From Bacteroidota bacterium (GTDB lineage: Bacteria; Bacteroidota; Bacteroidia; AKYH767-A; 2013-40CM-41-45): 64,000 bases of DNA. Under the pieces are notes generated by a model, which did no database searches, was not told where the DNA came from, and saw only the letters and a list, made by a program, of their open reading frames with translations. The stretch's first letter is position 1. Every line of letters starts with the position of its first letter. The stretch covers positions 173,216-237,215 of the forward strand of contig JADKJP010000005.1 of assembly GCA_016720935.1 (NCBI GenBank), given 5' to 3'. Positions 1-8,535 of this stretch are shown here, one piece after another. The position numbers and the translations under genes were made by a program.

Positions 1-1
1 T

Positions 2-445
2 GACGCCTTGAAACAACGTCAGCATACGCTTTTTGAAACGATGAGGACCATTATGGATTATCAGTATGAATATTTTCTGGAAGGCGACACCCGTAAACTG
101 AAGAAAATGGTTCTTCGTGACATCGCTGAAAAGATCGGAATGGATATTTCTACCGTATCACGTGTTGCCAACAGCAAATATGTGCAAACTCCATTCGGAA
201 CATTTCTTCTGAAAAGCTTTTTCTCCGAGGGATTGCAAACCGACAGCGGTGAAGAAGTTTCGAGTAAGGAAGTAAAACAAATTCTCAGCGATTGCATCGG
301 TGCGGAAGATAAACGTCATCCGCTCACAGACGACGCGCTTACAAAAATACTGAATGAAAAGGGCTACAATATTGCCCGAAGAACTGTCGCGAAATACAGA
401 GAGATGCTCGACATCCCGGTAGCACGTCTCCGCAAAGAATTATGA
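2..445 (+). CDS. rpoN: RNA polymerase sigma-54 factor, C-terminal part (5' end lies outside the window)
   Basis: The translation contains the RpoN-box 'ARRTVAKYRE' and the helix-turn-helix region. The reading frame is open back to position 2, so the gene is truncated at the window edge. Confidence 0.85.
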   Translation, partial: DALKQRQHTLFETMRTIMDYQYEYFLEGDTRKLKKMVLRDIAEKIGMDISTVSRVANSKYVQTPFGTFLLKSFFSEGLQTDSGEEVSSKEVKQILSDCIGAEDKRHPLTDDALTKILNEKGYNIARRTVAKYREMLDIPVARLRKEL

Positions 446-1050
446 ACCGCTCGTTCGCCCGCTTTCTTTCGATAGTGCTTCATCCGGTGCTGATGCCGAC
501 TTATGCCTTGTATTTTTTGTTGCACTACAGCACTTACCTGGCATACACAACACAGGAACATGAAAAGCTGGCGCTTTATTCCATCATCCTCCTCAACACA
601 CTGTTGTTACCACTTCTCATTTCTTATTTTCTCTTGCGTCGCGGATGGATACATTCTTTTGAAATGGAAAAGAAAGAGGAGCGAATTATTCCATTCATCA
701 GCAATGCGATTCTGCTGATGATCGCGTATTACATGATGCGAGAACTTCTGCTTCCGAAAATTTTCGATTTGCTGATTCTTGGAGCTGCCGCTGCTGTTGT
801 GCTCGCGGTGATCATCAATTTGAAATGGAAAATCAGCATCCACATGATTGGTATCGGAGGGATCGTCGGAACATTTTTCGGATTATCCACTTTTATGCTT
901 GTTGATTTGCGGACGCCTATCCTCTTTTGCCTTTTACTTGCAGGCTTATTGGGATCCGCACGATTAACCTTGGGAGCGCATCAGCCACTTCAAATTTATG
1001 CTGGCTTTGCTGTCGGATTCATCTGTGAATTTCTGATCCTGAGTATCTGA
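442..1050 (+). CDS. Polytopic membrane protein, distant PAP2-like phosphatase family
   Basis: Its ATG overlaps the rpoN stop (ATGA). It has about six hydrophobic helices and the motifs 'SIHMIG' and 'SARLTLGAH', which resemble PAP2 motifs B and C. The functional call is tentative. Confidence 0.45.
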   Translation: MNRSFARFLSIVLHPVLMPTYALYFLLHYSTYLAYTTQEHEKLALYSIILLNTLLLPLLISYFLLRRGWIHSFEMEKKEERIIPFISNAILLMIAYYMMRELLLPKIFDLLILGAAAAVVLAVIINLKWKISIHMIGIGGIVGTFFGLSTFMLVDLRTPILFCLLLAGLLGSARLTLGAHQPLQIYAGFAVGFICEFLILSI

Positions 1051-1066
1051 AGAGCACATCTGATAA

Positions 1067-1098
1067 CAAAAACGGAACCCTTGTTGAGGATTCCGTTT
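1067..1098. terminator. Bidirectional rho-independent terminator hairpin between convergent genes
   Basis: Hairpin 'AAACGGAAccc..ttgaggaTTCCGTTT' with T-runs on both sides. Confidence 0.5.
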
Positions 1099-1119
1099 CA
1101 TATTTTATTTCTTAAAAGA

Positions 1120-1815
1120 TCACGGTGTAATTGAAATGCCTACAGAAAAAGGTATCAGTTCGGGGCCTTTATTTTTTTCAAATATTCCGGCAAGGCCATA
1201 GTATCCATTCAATGCCCATTTTCCATAACCGATTCTTGCTGTAAGTCCATATTGGAAATCATTCAGATGATCCAGGTTATACACTTTGGATTTATCTTTT
1301 CCATTTTTAAATTTCATATGGTCCTGAAACAGCCAGCCACCTTTCGCACCGACACTGAACTTAAAACGTTTGTGACTTTCATTTTCATTGGTCCTGAATC
1401 GCAATTCCAAAGCTAAGTCGAGATAGTTAAGTGAAATTTTATTGATATCGTAGTCTATGCTGTCGGGATAAGCATGCAACAAGGTCTTATCAGAATTTGT
1501 ATAATCATCAAAGAAACCATTGCTGCTTACATTCATGGAAGAGATGCCAAGTCCGTAACCCAATCCGATATTTCCTTTCGGAGTCATTTTTTCACCCATC
1601 AGGTAAAATGCAAATCCCCGTGAACTGAGTGGTTTGGTAGTGATGTTTGCCGGGAGCGTAAGCCAGCCGTCAGATGTGAAATTCAGGATTAATCCATCCT
1701 GACGGTGGGTAATCTTCGAAAGGCTGAGGTTTCCGGATGAAGATTCTTCAACAGTTTGTCCGGCTTTTGCCTGAATGATAGAACACAGGAAAAAGAGAAT
1801 GATTATTTTTTTCAT
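1120..1815 (-). CDS. Outer-membrane beta-barrel protein (porin-like), signal peptide
   Basis: Begins 'MKKIIILFFLCSIIQAKA' (signal peptide) and has alternating amphipathic beta-strand patterning with a C-terminal aromatic residue. The start was trimmed to the ATG at 1815. Confidence 0.55.
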   Translation of the reverse strand: MKKIIILFFLCSIIQAKAGQTVEESSSGNLSLSKITHRQDGLILNFTSDGWLTLPANITTKPLSSRGFAFYLMGEKMTPKGNIGLGYGLGISSMNVSSNGFFDDYTNSDKTLLHAYPDSIDYDINKISLNYLDLALELRFRTNENESHKRFKFSVGAKGGWLFQDHMKFKNGKDKSKVYNLDHLNDFQYGLTARIGYGKWALNGYYGLAGIFEKNKGPELIPFSVGISITP

Positions 1816-1982
1816 AGTTTTAATTTTCAAGGAGAATGCTAAAAATGGTGCCAAAGAATCGCTGAAAAGATGATCTGTGATGAGAGAAAAATACTCTGGC
1901 TCAAAGGGTCTTCGCTGACTTTCAGACACTTAAAGCAAGGCGAAACAACTGTTTTCCTGATTTTGAAACAGGAGATAATAAA

Positions 1983-2059
1983 TGGTGGGCCCTGCTGGAA
2001 TCGAACCAGCCACCCACAGATTATGAGTCTGTTGCTCTAACCGAATGAGCTAAGGGCCC
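1983..2059 (-). tRNA. tRNA-Met (anticodon CAT), elongator type, or possibly tRNA-Ile2
   Basis: The reverse complement folds as a cloverleaf with acceptor stem GGGCCCT/AGGGCCC, anticodon loop CTCATAA, T-loop TTCGATT and an encoded CCA. The G1:C72 pair argues against an initiator tRNA. Confidence 0.85.
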
Positions 2060-2197
2060 GGTATTTCAGATGAATGATTTAAATCTTTACATCTGAAAAG
2101 GGAGGCAAATGTATCGGTTGAGCGCAAGAATTACAAGTGTTCCGGCGGGAATGCTTCATGAATCGTTAATTTCAGAACCCGAAATTCGCCGAGCTTT

Positions 2198-3100
2198 ATG
2201 AGTAGACCCTCTCTTTTTTCACCGCTGATCCTTATTTATTTAGCTCTTTTCGCCTGTTCCGGTAAAAAATCCGAATCCTGTCTTCCCTATGATCTCTCCA
2301 AACCTGCTGATGTGATCAAATTGCCCGGTCGTTTGAAGGAAATCAGTGGAATTACATTTTGGAACACAACCAAACTTGCCTGTGTACAGGATGAAAAAGG
2401 TGTGATTTATTTTTACGATGTGAGGAAGGATAAATTGAAAAATGATTTGTCTTTCGGTGAAGACAAAGATTACGAAGGAATCAGTAATGTAAATGACACG
2501 ATTTATGTATTGTGTAGCAATGGAGATATCTTCGAAGTGGATCAGGCAGGAGAGGAAGGGCAAACAACCATCACACACAAAACCTTTCTCAACAAGCGCA
2601 ACAATTGTGAAGGACTGTGTTACGATGCGGCGAACCGGCGATTACTTATCGCATGCAAAGGAAGGCCGGCCAAAGGAACAGCGGCTCGTTATCTTAAAGC
2701 CATTTATTCTTTTCCACTTGCAACAAAAACGCTGGATTCAGTTCCGGTTTATGAAATCGATCCGGATTCTGTAAAAAACTGGTTGCAAATAGATGAGAAG
2801 AAACATTCGGGCTGGACAGATTGGTTTACGTCTTCCGTGGATAAAGAAAAAGAATTTCTGTTTGAACCATCAGAACTTGCCATCAATCCGATCAGTGGAG
2901 ATATCTACCTTTTGTCTTCTGCCGGAAAAAAAATGGTTGTACTGAACACGGCAGGTGATATAAAATGTGTTGAGAAACTCGATCCACATCAATTCAAACA
3001 ACCGGAAGGTATTGCCTTTACTCCTGACGGAGATCTCTATATTTCTGATGAAGGGAAAGAAGGAAAAGCGAATATTCTTCATTTTCATCAATTGCATTGA
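2198..3100 (+). CDS. Lipoprotein, YjiK/SdiA-regulated-like beta-propeller domain protein
   Basis: Lipobox 'LFACSG', repeated strand motifs, and an 'NCEGLCYD' motif reminiscent of the SdiA-regulated family. Family assignment is a weak recollection. Confidence 0.4.
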   Translation: MSRPSLFSPLILIYLALFACSGKKSESCLPYDLSKPADVIKLPGRLKEISGITFWNTTKLACVQDEKGVIYFYDVRKDKLKNDLSFGEDKDYEGISNVNDTIYVLCSNGDIFEVDQAGEEGQTTITHKTFLNKRNNCEGLCYDAANRRLLIACKGRPAKGTAARYLKAIYSFPLATKTLDSVPVYEIDPDSVKNWLQIDEKKHSGWTDWFTSSVDKEKEFLFEPSELAINPISGDIYLLSSAGKKMVVLNTAGDIKCVEKLDPHQFKQPEGIAFTPDGDLYISDEGKEGKANILHFHQLH

Positions 3101-3195
3101 ATTTCATTTCAATTATTTCTCGCTTTATCTAATTGCAATCCTGATGTACCGTTAGCTCTCGCTATGATTTACTTTCTTTGTAAAAAACTAATATC

Positions 3196-3813
3196 ATGAA
3201 GAACATTCAGGCGATCATCTTTGATCTTGGCGGAGTTATTCTGGATATTGATTATCACAGAACCGCGAATGCATTCATTAACCTCGGGGTGGACAATTTT
3301 TCTGAACTTTTCTCCCAACTGAAACAAGACCGCTTATTTGACGATTTCGAAAAAGGGTTTATCGACCCACAGAGTTTTCGCGACAGATTACGTTCCTATG
3401 CAAGACAACACATGAGTGACAAGCAAATCGATCATGCCTGGAACGCGATTCTCATTGGTTTGCCAAAAGAAAATGTAGACTATTTAACGCGTTTGAAAGA
3501 AAATTACAGACTTTTTCTATTGAGCAATACGAATGAGATTCACGAGAAAGCATTTCGAGAGATGATTGAAAACCGTTATGGTGAATATATTTTTGACCGG
3601 ATCTTTGAAAAGGCCTACTTATCACACCGCATCCATCAACGAAAACCCGACCGTTCCATCTATGAATATGTGATCCGGGAAAATGATCTTGATGCATCAA
3701 CGACTTTATTCATCGATGATTCTCCGCAAAACGTGGAGGGAGCAAAACTCGCGGGTTTAAATTCCCTTTGGCTGGAGAAAGAAAAAAAATTGACGGACCT
3801 GCAATTACTCTGA
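3196..3813 (+). CDS. HAD superfamily hydrolase, subfamily IA
   Basis: N-terminal 'IIFDLGGVIL' (DxG motif I), a downstream 'LLSNTN' motif II and 'FIDDSPQNVEGA' motif IV. Confidence 0.8.
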   Translation: MKNIQAIIFDLGGVILDIDYHRTANAFINLGVDNFSELFSQLKQDRLFDDFEKGFIDPQSFRDRLRSYARQHMSDKQIDHAWNAILIGLPKENVDYLTRLKENYRLFLLSNTNEIHEKAFREMIENRYGEYIFDRIFEKAYLSHRIHQRKPDRSIYEYVIRENDLDASTTLFIDDSPQNVEGAKLAGLNSLWLEKEKKLTDLQLL

Positions 3814-3840
3814 AAACAGGGAGATTTATTAATCCGGAAC

Positions 3841-4245
3841 TCAGCGGATTTCCTGGCACAACTCCACCAATACTCCATTGGTGCTTTTGGGATGGAGAAA
3901 GCAAATCAATTTATTATCGGCGCCTTGCTTCGGTTCATCTGAAAGCAATTGAAAGCCCTGGTTCCGCAATTCAGTCATCATTGAATGAATATCGTCCACT
4001 TCAAAAGCAACATGATGAATTCCTTCACCTTTTTTGGCAATGAATTTTGCAATAGGACTTTCGGGATCTGTGGCTTTTAAAAGTTCAACCTTGGATTCAC
4101 CTACTTTAAAAAAGGAAGTACTTACTTTCTCTGATTCTACTGTTTCGGTTTTATAATTTGGAACACCGAGCAAAGCGGAAAAAAGTTTGTTCGCATTTTC
4201 CATGTCGTTTACTGCAATTCCAAGATGTTCGATACGCAATATCAT
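3841..4245 (-). CDS. Methylmalonyl-CoA epimerase (glyoxalase/VOC family)
   Basis: 134-aa VOC fold with 'HLGIAV', 'GIHHVAFEVDD' and 'VLVELCQ', typical of methylmalonyl-CoA epimerase. Confidence 0.7.
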   Translation of the reverse strand: MILRIEHLGIAVNDMENANKLFSALLGVPNYKTETVESEKVSTSFFKVGESKVELLKATDPESPIAKFIAKKGEGIHHVAFEVDDIHSMMTELRNQGFQLLSDEPKQGADNKLICFLHPKSTNGVLVELCQEIR

Positions 4246-4326
4246 GATAATGAGAATTTGATAATCAATGGTTTTAAGTTGAATGTTCGGGATACAATGA
4301 TTCTTTCGAAAAAAAAATATCCGGGC

Positions 4327-6399
4327 TTAGCCTGCTTCTACCAATGCGTTCGGGATGGAAACATAAAAGATGGTCCCCTTACCCTGTTCACTGACGAATC
4401 TGATCTTACCTTTCATTTTGTCCAGGGCATTCTTTACAATGAACAACCCAAGTCCCGAACCGTTTGAATCTGGATGACCGCGATAGAACATTTCGAACAC
4501 CCTGTTTTTTACAGGTTCAGGAATTCCTTTTCCATTATCTGCTACTTCCAGTTCTATTCCTCTTCCGGTCGCTTCCACTTTAACACGAATCCAGGGGCTC
4601 TGCTGATTGCAATAATTAATGGCATTGTGAATCAGGTTTTGGAAAATGGAAAGCAGAAGTACTTTATCGGTAGTGATCTCAACGCCCTGATCGATCTTGA
4701 TCTCAAAGTTGATGCGATCATAGGTGGGCAGGTGTTTTAGCGAATGTAAAATTTCTTCCACCAGGCTTTTCACATTGATCACACTGATTTTGCTTGTGCC
4801 TTTTCGTGTCCGGGCAAGGTCGATCAAATCAAGCAATGTCCGGTCAAGACGGCGGATGCTGGTTTCCACCATGTCGAAGTATTTATCAATGACTTCATCC
4901 TTGTTTTCCAGTCGGGCCAGATTTACGATTCCCATTACACTTGCAAGCGGACCTTTCAGGTCATGTGATGCTTTATAAAAGAATGTGTCCAGCTCCTGGT
5001 TGGTTTCCAGAAGCTCTTTTTCTGTTTTCTTACGATCTGTGATATCGGTTTGAACTCCCCATGTCCGCATCAAATGTCCTTGTTCAACAATTCCGATATT
5101 GTTGTTCAACATAAAACGGACATTCCCATACAAGTCGAGCTCTTTGGATTCGGCATTACTGATTTTATAATTGTTTTTGATAAAGGAAGTGAGCAATTCC
5201 CTGGTCTTCTCTTCATCATAATTGTTTTCGATATAATAGAAATCCCTGATTTTTCTTCCAACGAGATCATTTGAACTCGAATAACCATACATTCTTGCCA
5301 TAAAATCATTGCATTCAGCAATGATCCCTGAATCGAGGAGCAGTTCGACCTGTTCATTGTGAGGAAGTGTAACCGGAATTGGTTGACGGTATTCAGCTCT
5401 CCAGATTCCGACAGCACTCTGATCAATGAATGTTCTGTATCCTTCTTCCCTTTTCTTTAGTAATTCCTGTGCACTCTTCAACGCGTGAATATCGGCAAAG
5501 ACGACCATGGACCCGATTTTTTCACCATGTTCATCGAGATATGGAGTTCCTGACATCTGCACATAGATCACTTCCCCGTTTAACTTCCGCATTATACATT
5601 CACAACGCACGTCTTTGCCATCAGTAAGACTCCGGAAGAATTCAAAAGGTTTGGTATTGAGTTTATCCTGCGGACTCAGCTCCATGATACTGGTTCCGAG
5701 CAAAGCCTCTCTGGAATATCCGGTGATTTCACAAAAGCGATCGTTAACATATACCAGTTTGTATTCATTATCAACATAAACGAGACCATCGTTCATGTTT
5801 TCCATGAGGGACACATAACGATTCTCCTGGGTCTGTATCTCCTCCTGGTATTCTGTTTTCCGTTTTTGGATCTGGTCCGACAGGAACGCTCCTGAATATA
5901 AAGCGACAAGTGTGATGGTGAATTCGGGCTGCCATTGGTTTGACACCAGCATCATGGCCATCATGAATGTAGTAATGATAAAAATGAAGAAAAGGCTTTT
6001 GAAAAATTTGTCAAAGACCAGGGAAAAAATGAAAATCGATATGGATACCGGTAGCAGGAAGTCGATTTCAAAATTTCTGACGTACGCTACATATACAGCC
6101 CAGAAATGCAAAAGAAAAAGGGATGCATAAGTAATGTTGGGAAGATGTTTCCGGTAGAAACTGCTGTAAAAAGATAAAAAGTAATTCGCGGTAAGAATCA
6201 TGGAAACCGAAAGTCCGGTCATGAGAATATACCCGTCATGGTAGGAGAATTCAAAAATGAAGCCCAGTGAGGTTACAATCACAGATGAGAATACATTCAG
6301 CGACCTCAGGTTCCGGAGTTCCTTGTGAATGATTTTATCTTTGAATGTGCTTAACATGATTTCGATCGGGCTCCGCTCAATGGGAACCAAAAATATCAA
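4327..6399 (-). CDS. Membrane-bound sensor histidine kinase (PAS-PAS-HisKA-HATPase)
   Basis: N-terminal transmembrane segments, PAS S-box regions, H-box 'SHDLKGPLASV', and N/G1/G2 boxes ('NAINY', 'DNGKGI', 'GSGLGL'). No receiver domain. The true start could instead be the Met at about 6357. Confidence 0.85.
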   Translation of the reverse strand: MIFLVPIERSPIEIMLSTFKDKIIHKELRNLRSLNVFSSVIVTSLGFIFEFSYHDGYILMTGLSVSMILTANYFLSFYSSFYRKHLPNITYASLFLLHFWAVYVAYVRNFEIDFLLPVSISIFIFSLVFDKFFKSLFFIFIITTFMMAMMLVSNQWQPEFTITLVALYSGAFLSDQIQKRKTEYQEEIQTQENRYVSLMENMNDGLVYVDNEYKLVYVNDRFCEITGYSREALLGTSIMELSPQDKLNTKPFEFFRSLTDGKDVRCECIMRKLNGEVIYVQMSGTPYLDEHGEKIGSMVVFADIHALKSAQELLKKREEGYRTFIDQSAVGIWRAEYRQPIPVTLPHNEQVELLLDSGIIAECNDFMARMYGYSSSNDLVGRKIRDFYYIENNYDEEKTRELLTSFIKNNYKISNAESKELDLYGNVRFMLNNNIGIVEQGHLMRTWGVQTDITDRKKTEKELLETNQELDTFFYKASHDLKGPLASVMGIVNLARLENKDEVIDKYFDMVETSIRRLDRTLLDLIDLARTRKGTSKISVINVKSLVEEILHSLKHLPTYDRINFEIKIDQGVEITTDKVLLLSIFQNLIHNAINYCNQQSPWIRVKVEATGRGIELEVADNGKGIPEPVKNRVFEMFYRGHPDSNGSGLGLFIVKNALDKMKGKIRFVSEQGKGTIFYVSIPNALVEAG

Positions 6400-7130
6400 A
6401 AATACAGGTAGGTTCTCTTCATTCCTGCCGACTAATCCGATTCAATTCAGAATTGATTCGACATTCAGGTAGGATCGGATGATTTGTTCATCCGGAATTG
6501 ATCCGCATGATGATTCCTATACATATATATGTATAGAACATTCCATTCAGTTTGCACAAAACTTCAAAAAACGTCGATTTCAATTCAGAATGAAAACAAT
6601 TTGGATTATTTCATGATTGCATCAACGATTTGAAAGAGTTCGGTGGAATTGAAGACACATTATTGAATGAACCAAGATCAAATGAAGGATTGATTTCGAA
6701 TGAACGATGAAGTGAGAGGGAAAAATGAATTCATATATGTTGATCAAACAAACAATGTTCATGTGATGAGTTCAAAATCTTAAATCCGATCCAAGTTCGG
6801 ACGAATTTTTTTCCATAATCTGATTTTTCCGCGCTTTTTTTTTGACAATCCGGACGAATCTGATCAAAATTTGTTCTGTTGAGGTACTTTCAAAATGTTT
6901 ATAACTTTGAAAACGTGTTTTGCTTTTCTTCACGTTTTAAAATGCGAAAAGTGAAATCAAAAAGTTGATGATGCTCTGAACACCGCATGAATAAAGGCAT
7001 TCAGAAGATCATGAAAATTATTTTTGAGTGCAAAAGATGTACAATACATGCAAAAAATGTGTACTCCGTAATCAACATTTCATTGTTTAAAAAAATATTC
7101 GTCAAATTGGTGTAACCTTTTTTTATTTCA

Positions 7131-7138
7131 TATGTTTG
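7131..7138 (+). promoter_or_regulatory. Candidate Bacteroidota sigma-A -7 element (TAnnTTTG) upstream of the micro-ORF
   Basis: 'TATGTTTG' lies about 30 nt upstream of the ATG at 7169. The -33 TTG element is only marginal ('aaaTTGg' near 7106). Confidence 0.3.
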
Positions 7139-7168
7139 AGTAGTCATAACAATCAAAAACTAATAACT

Positions 7169-7240
7169 ATGGCAAAAGCAAAAAAAGCTGCTAAGAAAGC
7201 TAAGAAAGCTACTAAGAAAGCAGCAAAAAAGAAGAAGTAA
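7169..7240 (+). CDS. 23-aa Lys/Ala-rich basic micro-protein (histone H1-like / Hc1-like low-complexity peptide)
   Basis: Encodes MAKAKKAAKKAKKATKKAAKKKK*. It is followed 37 nt later by a strong terminator. It sits in a 1.1-kb stretch with no other ORF of 60 aa or more. Confidence 0.4.
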   Translation: MAKAKKAAKKAKKATKKAAKKKK

Positions 7241-7276
7241 GCTAAACGCTTCCCGCTCTCGTAGCGGTCTGCAACG

Positions 7277-7309
7277 GTCCCTCGCTCTAAAGAACGAGGG
7301 ACTTTTGTT
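7277..7309 (+). terminator. Rho-independent terminator
   Basis: 'GTCCCTCGctctaaagaaCGAGGGAC' followed by 'TTTTGTTT'. Confidence 0.7.
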
Positions 7310-7533
7310 TATATAGGGTTCATCCAAATTCTGTATTCGCAGACAATCAAATCCTCTCAACTCAAGTTTTTTTCCGGTAATCTGAACTTCTTTTAGAACA
7401 AATCGACACTAATTCCGAAAAAAAAGCCGGATATCGATATGAAAATTCAAATCAGGCTTTGTTTCGTTTGAACATAAGTACTATTTCGTAATACCTGAAT
7501 CCCGATCAATAAATCAAATCTTACCTTCGTTTC

Positions 7534-8535
7534 ATGATCCGCTGGACGATAGAACCGCTTACTCTCGATTTAAAGTACACCTGGAAGATTTCCAGGAATG
7601 CAACTGATCAGAAAACAAATCTGATCGTGCGAATCAGCGATGGCGAATTCACAGGAGCCGGAGAAGCTGCTCCGAATATTCGTTATCAGGAAACACCGGA
7701 ACTTCTGCTCCAACAATTTGAAAGTTTTATTAAAACTGCAGCAGAGACAAGCATCACAGAAGATATACTCCCAAGGCTCTTTGATCAGTGTGCATTGTCG
7801 TACGCGCTTCGCTTCGCCATCGAATCAGCATGGTTTCATTTTGAATCCAGGCGGAAAAAAGTTCCGATTCATACCTTACTTGGAATTCCCACTCCCGGAA
7901 AGATCGAAACATCTTACACCATTCCAATCATGGATCCGGCATTGATGAAAAACTTTTATCTGGAAAATTCATTGGACAGGTTTCCATTTGTAAAATTAAA
8001 GATCAATGCGGAATCCGGTTACGAAATGACAAGATACCTGGCCTCTTTTTGTAATCAAAAATTAATGATTGACGCCAACGAAGCATATTCGGATCCGGAG
8101 GAGTGCATCTATTTTCTTGAAAAAATTAAAAAATTTCCAATTGAATTCATTGAACAACCAATTCCTTCAGGAAAAGATGAAGAAGCACGGTATCTGAAAA
8201 AATATTGCCCCTTTCCTCTTTTCGCTGACGAATCTATCACACATTCCGCTGATTTTGGATTGTTGCGGGAACAATTCGACGGCGTGAATATTAAACTGAT
8301 GAAAGCGGGAGGATACAAAAATGGAATCGCTTTGCTTTCCGAGGCAAAGAAAAAAGGCATGCGTACCATGATTGGATGTATGGTTGAGACAACATTGGGA
8401 ATTTCATCCGGGATGAATCTTTGCGCGCTTGCCGATTATGTGGACCTGGACAGTTTCCTCCTGGTGAAGGAAGAACCATTCCGTTTGGTTTCAGAAAATA
8501 AGGGTGAGCTGCGGTTTAGTAATAACGCACAGTAA
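7534..8535 (+). CDS. Dipeptide epimerase (enolase superfamily, MR/MLE family; L-Ala-D/L-Glu epimerase-like)
   Basis: Capping domain followed by a TIM barrel, with the conserved 'KLKI', 'IEQP' and 'DESI' metal ligands (K-x-K, D, E, D) and 'KLMKAGG'. Confidence 0.8.
   Translation: MIRWTIEPLTLDLKYTWKISRNATDQKTNLIVRISDGEFTGAGEAAPNIRYQETPELLLQQFESFIKTAAETSITEDILPRLFDQCALSYALRFAIESAWFHFESRRKKVPIHTLLGIPTPGKIETSYTIPIMDPALMKNFYLENSLDRFPFVKLKINAESGYEMTRYLASFCNQKLMIDANEAYSDPEECIYFLEKIKKFPIEFIEQPIPSGKDEEARYLKKYCPFPLFADESITHSADFGLLREQFDGVNIKLMKAGGYKNGIALLSEAKKKGMRTMIGCMVETTLGISSGMNLCALADYVDLDSFLLVKEEPFRLVSENKGELRFSNNAQ

Noticed and set aside
2240-3155. Several overlapping 60-110-aa ORFs on both strands within the lipoprotein gene region
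   Set aside because: They overlap the better-supported 300-aa lipoprotein CDS (signal peptide plus lipobox) and have no features.
7160-7360. 66-aa minus-strand ORF (…FLSSFLSFLSSFFCF…)
   Set aside because: It is the mirror translation of the Lys/Ala micro-ORF and its terminator. The low-complexity Phe/Leu/Ser run is an artefact of the AAG/GCT repeats.
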